Shown here piece by piece: positions 56,980-64,000 of a DNA stretch of 64,000 nucleotides. The DNA comes from an uncultured delta proteobacterium (GTDB lineage Bacteria > Myxococcota > Myxococcia > SLRQ01), in NCBI GenBank assembly GCA_963727485.1, contig CAVSGM010000002.1, positions 64,001-128,000 of the forward strand. The letters are read 5' to 3'. The position numbers were made by a program, and so were the translations under genes. The notes beneath the pieces are model-generated. The model did not search any database. It saw only the letters and a program-made list of their open reading frames with translations, and was not told the DNA's origin. Positions within the stretch are counted from its first letter, which is position 1. The number at the start of each line of letters is the position of its first letter.

Positions 56980-59577
56980 ATGCCGCGCCGTGCCCTCGCT
57001 CCCCTGGTCGCCCTCGTCCTCGCCGCCGCCGCCTGCGGCCAGAAGCCCAAGGTGAACCCGCCGCCGCCCAAGGTCACCCACGCGCACCGGGTCATCGAGA
57101 TCGACATCGACGACCACGGCCTCAAGGGCCTGTGGGCCGCCAACGCCCCCAACCTCAAGGGCCTCATCGCCCGGGGCACCTTCGGCTACACGAGGGTCAT
57201 CGTCCCGACCCACTCGAACCAGAGCAACATGTCGCTCTTGACGGCCCAGTACCCGGACGGCGACGACGTCCCGGGGAACGCCTGGCTCGATCGCGGCGCG
57301 GGCTTCGGCTACCCCATCAACCTCGGGCCCTTGAGCCTGGGGAACTACGGCTTCTGGGACCAGAACCCCCTGCGCACCCGGGGCCAGAGCATCTACAAGT
57401 ACGCCGAGTCCCTCGGAGACCACGCGGCCTACTTTGGCCAGCTCCCGCCCTTCGAGGCCGGCGCCGACGACGTCCACTTCACCATCGTCGGGAGCACGCT
57501 GGCGGGCATCCCCATCGATCCCGACACCGCGGTGGGCCTCCTGGAGAGCGTCCTCAAGTACCCGGCGGACGTCCTGGCCAAGTACAACCTCGACGGGAAG
57601 GACCGGAACACCAACGAGTCGCTGGCCCACTACGTGTTCCGGGACACGGCGAACTACATCGCCAGCACCCCCGAGAAGGACCTCCCCAAGTACATGTTCG
57701 TCTGGGACTTCATCGCCCTCGACAACGACCCCACCAGCGAGTACGGCGCCGACGGGCCCCAGATCCAGAAGATCATCGAGGACTACGACGACGGCCTCGG
57801 GGACATCCTCACCGCCCTGAAGAACAAGGATCTCCTCGACAGCACCGACATCATCTTCACCCTCGACCACGGCAAGGTCGACAGCCACAACCAGGTGAAC
57901 CTCGGCAGCCACGGCGGCACCGCCACCTCCGATGGGGACGGGCAGCTCGGGGCCCTGGTGGCCGGGCCCGACGGCCAGGCCGCGGGGATCACCTCCGCCG
58001 ACTACGCCATCGTCAACGAGGACGGGGACGCGCAGATCTACGCCAAGGTCCAGGACGCCGGCACCGCCGCGGGTCTCGCCGAGCAGGAGCGCGTCACCCA
58101 CGCCCTCGTCGACCTCGTCCAGTCCGGGAAGATCATCGGCCTCGACACCACCCGGACCATCACCTGGGACGGCTACGACGGCACGAGGCGCTTCCACGAC
58201 TACCACGACGACGGGCCCTACCAGGCGGACATCCTGGTCTTCCCCAAGCCCGACTGGACCCTCAACAAGGTCGACAAGAACAACGCGGTGCCCGGGCCGT
58301 TCCTGGAGCACACCCAGTACCCCTACGGGCGCCACGGGGGCTTCTCCACCGACGAGCTCTACGTGCCCATCATCATGGCCGGGCCCTCGTTCAAGCAGGG
58401 CGTGATGCTCCCGGAGCCGGTGAACCACGCCGACGTCGCCGCCACGGCGGCCTACATCCTCGGGGGCCAGACCCTGGCCACCGCCGAGGGCACGCCCATC
58501 CGCGCCGCCCTCACCGGCGACCCGGGGGCGACGATCAAGCAGCCCAGCGACATGACCGGCACCCGCGACACGGTCCTGACCCGGGCGGGCTACGCCGGGA
58601 CCCAGACCCTCGCCGGTACCCCGGCGAAGTCCGCGGTCGTCATCGACGTCGCCGGGCTCTACTACGACGAGCTCTTCCGGGACGACAAGATCCCCGCCGA
58701 CGCCACCAAGCCCTGGCGCGATCTGGCGGCCCAGGGGACCTCGTTCGAGCACTTCCAGGACCGGTACCGGGACTGGCCGGTGAACGAGTACGAGATGCTC
58801 GTGGGCGGCTACCCCATCCAGAACCCCTACATCCCCTTCGCCACCGACGATCCCGACCAGACCGGGATGCCCGGGTGGGGCCTGCTCAAGATGCCCGTGG
58901 GCTCGAACCTGGTCTCGGACCCGGCGGGGCGGACCGCCTGGCACACCGCCGCCTACTTCGGCGAGCCCAGCCTCTTCGACGCCGCGTCGGCCATGGGCCT
59001 GAAGACGGCCCTCATCGGGAACACCGACTTCCAGGACGCCCACATCGACATCTCGGGCCTCGACGCGCACCAGGCCACCGACGACGCCTCGGCGGCGGCG
59101 GCGGTCCAGAGCTTCCTCCAGGCGAACCCCCAGAGCCTGGTGGTGGTCGCCCTCGGGGGCGCGCGCACCGGCGACCGGGACTCGGCGACGGCGGCCACCG
59201 AGCTCAAGACCCTGGGCCAGGAGGTCCAGGCCATCGTCGACGCGGCCCCGAGCAGCCTCATCGTGATCACCAGCCGCGGGGCCACGTCGGTGGACGATCC
59301 CGCGTCGGACTTCTACGGGCCCCAGAGCTCGCGCCACGTGCCGTTCATCGTCCTCGGGCCGAACGTCCGCCAGGGCGTGGTCTCGCCCCAGGCGGGCCAG
59401 GGGTCGGACCTCCCGGCGACGGTGCTGGTGGGCCTCGGCCACGCCACCCGGACCGACTTCGTCGAGGGGACCTGGGCCGCCGGGACGCCCCTGGGCGCCG
59501 GGAACGTTCCCCAGCCGGAGCCCGCCGGAGCCACCGGGGGCCACGCCCTGATGGCGGCCTTCCAGACCGCACCCTAG
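56980..59577 (+). CDS. Alkaline phosphatase/NPP superfamily lipoprotein with two tandem AP-fold domains
   Basis: AAGGAG RBS; lipobox AAAC; IDID..., APNL..L..RG, PTHS, DHG, GRHGG, VP.I.AGP; degenerate second copy ending HVPFIVLGPNV. Confidence 0.75.
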   Translation: MPRRALAPLVALVLAAAACGQKPKVNPPPPKVTHAHRVIEIDIDDHGLKGLWAANAPNLKGLIARGTFGYTRVIVPTHSNQSNMSLLTAQYPDGDDVPGNAWLDRGAGFGYPINLGPLSLGNYGFWDQNPLRTRGQSIYKYAESLGDHAAYFGQLPPFEAGADDVHFTIVGSTLAGIPIDPDTAVGLLESVLKYPADVLAKYNLDGKDRNTNESLAHYVFRDTANYIASTPEKDLPKYMFVWDFIALDNDPTSEYGADGPQIQKIIEDYDDGLGDILTALKNKDLLDSTDIIFTLDHGKVDSHNQVNLGSHGGTATSDGDGQLGALVAGPDGQAAGITSADYAIVNEDGDAQIYAKVQDAGTAAGLAEQERVTHALVDLVQSGKIIGLDTTRTITWDGYDGTRRFHDYHDDGPYQADILVFPKPDWTLNKVDKNNAVPGPFLEHTQYPYGRHGGFSTDELYVPIIMAGPSFKQGVMLPEPVNHADVAATAAYILGGQTLATAEGTPIRAALTGDPGATIKQPSDMTGTRDTVLTRAGYAGTQTLAGTPAKSAVVIDVAGLYYDELFRDDKIPADATKPWRDLAAQGTSFEHFQDRYRDWPVNEYEMLVGGYPIQNPYIPFATDDPDQTGMPGWGLLKMPVGSNLVSDPAGRTAWHTAAYFGEPSLFDAASAMGLKTALIGNTDFQDAHIDISGLDAHQATDDASAAAAVQSFLQANPQSLVVVALGGARTGDRDSATAATELKTLGQEVQAIVDAAPSSLIVITSRGATSVDDPASDFYGPQSSRHVPFIVLGPNVRQGVVSPQAGQGSDLPATVLVGLGHATRTDFVEGTWAAGTPLGAGNVPQPEPAGATGGHALMAAFQTAP

Positions 59578-59661
59578 GGGCCCCGGCGCCCACTTGACCC
59601 GCGGGGAGGGCCCCTGCTAGCCCGTGCGGCGGCAGGGGCCCATCAGGCCCCGGGAGGCAAC

Positions 59662-60933
59662 GTGTCGAAGCTAAGCGGCGTCAAGGGCATGAACGACATC
59701 CTCCCCGAGGACGTCGGGGTGTGGCAGCGCATCGAGGCGGCGGTGCGCGCCCGGTTCTCGCGCTACGGCTACCGGGAGCTGCGCACCCCGGTGGTCGAGG
59801 AGACGGCGCTCTTCGCCCGCTCCATCGGCGAGGCCACCGACATCGTGGGCAAGGAGATGTACACCTTCACCGATCGCAAGGGGAAGAAGAGCCTCTCGTT
59901 GCGGCCGGAGGGGACCGCCGGGGCGGTGCGCGCCTACATCGAGCACGCGGTCTACCAGAAGGAGCCGGTGGCCAAGTGGTGGTACCAGGGGCCGATGTAC
60001 CGCTACGAGCGGGTGCAGGCCGGGCGCTACCGCCAGTTCCACCAGATCGGCGCCGAGGCCTTCGGGGTGGCCGATCCCGGCCTCGACGCCGAGCTCATCG
60101 TGATGCTCGACGGGCTCCTCCGCCACGACCTGGCGCTCCCGGGGGTGGTGCTCAACCTCAACTCCCTGGGCGACGCCGAGAGCCGGCCGAGGTACCTCGA
60201 GGCCCTGGTGGCGCACCTGCAGGGCCACCTGGACGTCCTCTGCGAGGACTGCCGCCGGCGCCTGGAGTTGAACCCCCTGCGCACCCTGGACTGCAAGGTC
60301 CAAACCTGCCAGCCGGTCCTCGACGCGGCGCCGACCCTCGCCGACTACCTCTCGGACGCGGCGAAGGCCCACTTCGACGAGGTGCTGCGCCTCCTCGACG
60401 CCATGGACGTCCCCTACGTGCGCCAGGCGCGCCTGGTCCGGGGCCTCGACTACTACAACCGCACCTGCTTCGAGTTCGTCGCCGGGGGCCTCGGCTCCCA
60501 GAACGCCGTGGCCGGGGGCGGGCGCTACGACGGGCTGGTGAAGACCCTCGGGGGCCCGGACGTCCCGGCCATCGGCTTCGCCATGGGGGTGGAGCGCCTG
60601 GTGCTCTCCCTGGGCGAGTCGGCGGCGGTGGCGGGGGGCCCCGACGTCTTCCTGGTCACCGCCGGCGATGAAGCTTTTCTCCCGGTCTTCCGTCTGGTGG
60701 AGACGCTGCGGGCGGCGGGCCTCACCGCCGAGCTCGATCCGCGGCGTGGGAGCCTGAAGAGCCAGATGCGCAGGGCCGACAAGCTGGGCGCCCGGTACGC
60801 CCTGGTGGTGGGCGAGGCCGAGCTCGCCAGCGGGCAGGCCGAGCTCAAGGACCTGCGCCAGAAGGGTGAGGGACCCACCGTGGCCCTGGACACCCTCGCC
60901 GAACACCTGCGCCGCACCCTGGAGGAGACCTGA
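59662..60933 (+). CDS. hisS: Histidyl-tRNA synthetase
   Basis: G..TDIV.KEMY, LRPEGTA, RYER.Q.GRYRQFHQ, LVRGLDYY, GGGRYDGL. Confidence 0.97.
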   Translation: MSKLSGVKGMNDILPEDVGVWQRIEAAVRARFSRYGYRELRTPVVEETALFARSIGEATDIVGKEMYTFTDRKGKKSLSLRPEGTAGAVRAYIEHAVYQKEPVAKWWYQGPMYRYERVQAGRYRQFHQIGAEAFGVADPGLDAELIVMLDGLLRHDLALPGVVLNLNSLGDAESRPRYLEALVAHLQGHLDVLCEDCRRRLELNPLRTLDCKVQTCQPVLDAAPTLADYLSDAAKAHFDEVLRLLDAMDVPYVRQARLVRGLDYYNRTCFEFVAGGLGSQNAVAGGGRYDGLVKTLGGPDVPAIGFAMGVERLVLSLGESAAVAGGPDVFLVTAGDEAFLPVFRLVETLRAAGLTAELDPRRGSLKSQMRRADKLGARYALVVGEAELASGQAELKDLRQKGEGPTVALDTLAEHLRRTLEET

Positions 60934-60935
60934 CG

Positions 60936-61577
60936 ATGCCCCGTGCCCCCCGCGTCCTCGCGGCCCTCGCCGCCGCCTGCGTCCTCCTGCCCCTGGCGCC
61001 GGCCCATGCGGACGGCCCGGCCGCCGCCCCGGCCGCCGCCAAGCCCAAGACCGTGCTCCACCTGGGCCAGCAGGCGCCGGGCTTCTTCCTCCCGGTGGTC
61101 GACGCCAAGGCGGCGGGCCTGAACCGGGTGGTCCTCTCGAACTGGTTCGCCCCGGGGAAGACCAAGGCGGTGGTGATCAGCTTCTTCGCCACCTGGTGCC
61201 ACCCCTGCAAGAAGGAGCTGCCGCTCCTCCAGAAGCTCTACGAGAAGTACAAGGGGCAGGGCCTCAAGGTGGTGGTGGTGAGCATCGACCGGGAGCCCAA
61301 GGCGGTGGCCTCGCTCCCCGAGTTCCTCGCCGCCCGGGGGCTGACCTTCCCGGTGGTCTCCGACCGCTTCAACCTCCTGGCCCGGCGCTACCTGGGGACC
61401 AGCTCGGCGCTCCCGAGCCTCTTCGTCACCGACGGCACCGGGAAGCTGGTGGTCATCCGCCAGGGCTACAGCCAGGGCGCCGAGGCCTTCCTCGAGGGGG
61501 CGCTGCGCCAGGCCCTGGGCCTGCCGCCCCTGGCCACCCCCAAGGTCGCGAAGGCCAAGGGGAAGGCCAGCCGATGA
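60936..61577 (+). CDS. TlpA-like thiol-disulfide oxidoreductase (exported)
   Basis: Signal peptide, FFATWCHPCKKELP, LPS cis-Pro region. Confidence 0.88.
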   Translation: MPRAPRVLAALAAACVLLPLAPAHADGPAAAPAAAKPKTVLHLGQQAPGFFLPVVDAKAAGLNRVVLSNWFAPGKTKAVVISFFATWCHPCKKELPLLQKLYEKYKGQGLKVVVVSIDREPKAVASLPEFLAARGLTFPVVSDRFNLLARRYLGTSSALPSLFVTDGTGKLVVIRQGYSQGAEAFLEGALRQALGLPPLATPKVAKAKGKASR

Positions 61578-62092
61578 GGCGCCTCGGGGGGCTCGCCGCG
61601 GCGGCGCTCCTCCTGGCCGCGCCCCTCGCCGCCCGGGCCGGGGACGGGGGGACGGCGCCGGCCGCGCTCCACGTCACGGTCACCCAGGTGAAGCTCACCG
61701 GCGTGGCCGACGCGGCGAGGCGCCAGGCGGTCGCCCCGCCCCAGGTGGCCGCGGCGATCTGCGACGGCCTCCAGACCCGGGCCGGCGTCGCCTGCCTCAC
61801 CCCTGAAGACGCCGCGAACCTCGCCCGGCTCCGGGGGCTCCAGGGCCTGGCCGGGACCTGCAACGGCGGCGCCTGCGCCCAGGCGGACAGCGCCCTCGAC
61901 ACCGTCGACGACCTGGTCCGGGCCACCGTGGAGGTCACGGCCAGGGGCTACGTGCTGCACCTGGTGGTCTACCACCCGCCGGGGGTCGATCCGGTGTACC
62001 GGGCGGAGGTGCCGGTGACGTCGGCGGCGGCGGTGCTCACGGCGGCCCGGGCCACGGCGGTCAAGGGCGCGCCCCACCTCGTCGGGCCCTGA
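61574..62092 (+). CDS. Hypothetical secreted protein with four Cys
   Basis: ATGA overlap with the TlpA gene; signal peptide ending ARAG. Confidence 0.65.
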   Translation: MRRLGGLAAAALLLAAPLAARAGDGGTAPAALHVTVTQVKLTGVADAARRQAVAPPQVAAAICDGLQTRAGVACLTPEDAANLARLRGLQGLAGTCNGGACAQADSALDTVDDLVRATVEVTARGYVLHLVVYHPPGVDPVYRAEVPVTSAAAVLTAARATAVKGAPHLVGP

Positions 62093-62180
62093 ACCGGCCC
62101 CTTCGGGCGGGTCGTCCCCGGAGCCTCGCGCGGGGCTCGCGCCTTCCGGTCGGGGGCCGCGGATGGTATGGCTCCGGCCC

Positions 62181-62903
62181 ATGAACCGCGTGCGCCTCGG
62201 GGTCAACGTCGATCACGTCGCCACCCTCCGGCAGGCCAGGGGGACGACCTACCCGGACCCGGTCACCGCCGCCGCCCTCGCCGAGCTCGGTGGCGCCGAC
62301 CAGATCACCATCCACCTCCGGGAGGACCGGCGGCACATCCAGGACCGGGACCTGCGCCTGATGCGCCAGACGGTGCAGACGCGCCTGAACCTGGAGATGG
62401 CCGCCACCGAGGAGATGGTCGCCATCGCCCGGGAGGTGGGGCCGGGGACGGCGACCCTGGTCCCCGAGCGGCGCCAGGAGCTGACCACCGAGGGGGGCCT
62501 CGACGTCGCCGGCCAGGCCGACCGCATCGCCGCGGCGGTGTCGGCCCTCGAGGGCGCGGGGATCGCCGTGAGCCTGTTCATCGACCCGGACCCGGCGCAG
62601 ATCTCCGCCAGCGCCCGGGCCGGCGCCGGCATCGTCGAGCTCCACACCGGCCGGTACTGCGACGCCGCCACCGAGGCCGAGCGCCAGGCCGAGCTTTGGC
62701 GCCTGGTGGCGGCGGCGCGCCTCGGGGCCGAGGAGGGCCTCACGGTGGCGGCGGGCCACGGGCTGCACTACCACAACCTCGACGAGGTGCTCGCCATCCC
62801 CGAGATCGTGGAGCTGAACATCGGCCACAGCATCGTGGCCCGGGCGGTGATGGTGGGGCTGGTGGAGGCGGTGCGCGAGATGCGCCGCCTCCTGGAGCGC
62901 TGA
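62181..62903 (+). CDS. pdxJ: Pyridoxine 5'-phosphate synthase
   Basis: [47 protein letters not shown]. Confidence 0.97.
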   Translation: MNRVRLGVNVDHVATLRQARGTTYPDPVTAAALAELGGADQITIHLREDRRHIQDRDLRLMRQTVQTRLNLEMAATEEMVAIAREVGPGTATLVPERRQELTTEGGLDVAGQADRIAAAVSALEGAGIAVSLFIDPDPAQISASARAGAGIVELHTGRYCDAATEAERQAELWRLVAAARLGAEEGLTVAAGHGLHYHNLDEVLAIPEIVELNIGHSIVARAVMVGLVEAVREMRRLLER

Positions 62904-62906
62904 CCC

Positions 62907-64000
<1,094 letters not shown>

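Noticed and set aside
55236..59597. 1453-aa ORF suggesting a giant fusion or dual coding over the phosphatase gene
   Set aside because: After about 56900 the translation is Arg/Pro-rich shadow sequence; one extra base explains the missing stop, and the phosphatase has its own RBS and lipobox

Overview
This is very GC-rich, gene-dense bacterial DNA, most likely from Myxococcota or a related deltaproteobacterium (AglZ-like protein, DGG-linker and Cys-rich lipoproteins, IgGFc-binding lipoprotein). From left to right it holds: a secreted zincin and a YXWGXW lipoprotein; a ~17 kb surface-glycan locus (3.1-20.4 kb); lptF/lptG, tsaC, DUF1015 and hemB; an ABC-2 transporter, infA and aglZ; an IgGFc lipoprotein, an SDR and a diguanylate cyclase; an expanded maf-yggS-yggT-proC-divIVA-yggU region carrying an aryl-CoA ligase, a YerA-type deaminase and a 3-subunit flavin amine/imino-acid dehydrogenase; a second diguanylate cyclase, a GT-C-like membrane protein and a tandem alkaline-phosphatase-fold lipoprotein; then hisS, tlpA, pdxJ and a partial nnr. 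I found no rRNA, tRNA, CRISPR array or mobile element. The most unusual item is an O-antigen-ligase-like membrane enzyme fused to an apparently catalytically dead trypsin-fold domain, a TSP3 Ca-binding repeat and an FG-GAP motif. About seven single-base frameshifts (three reading CCAGAATC where CCAGATC restores the frame) look like sequencing artefacts. Many genes appear leaderless. All calls come from motif recognition by eye; no database searches were run.
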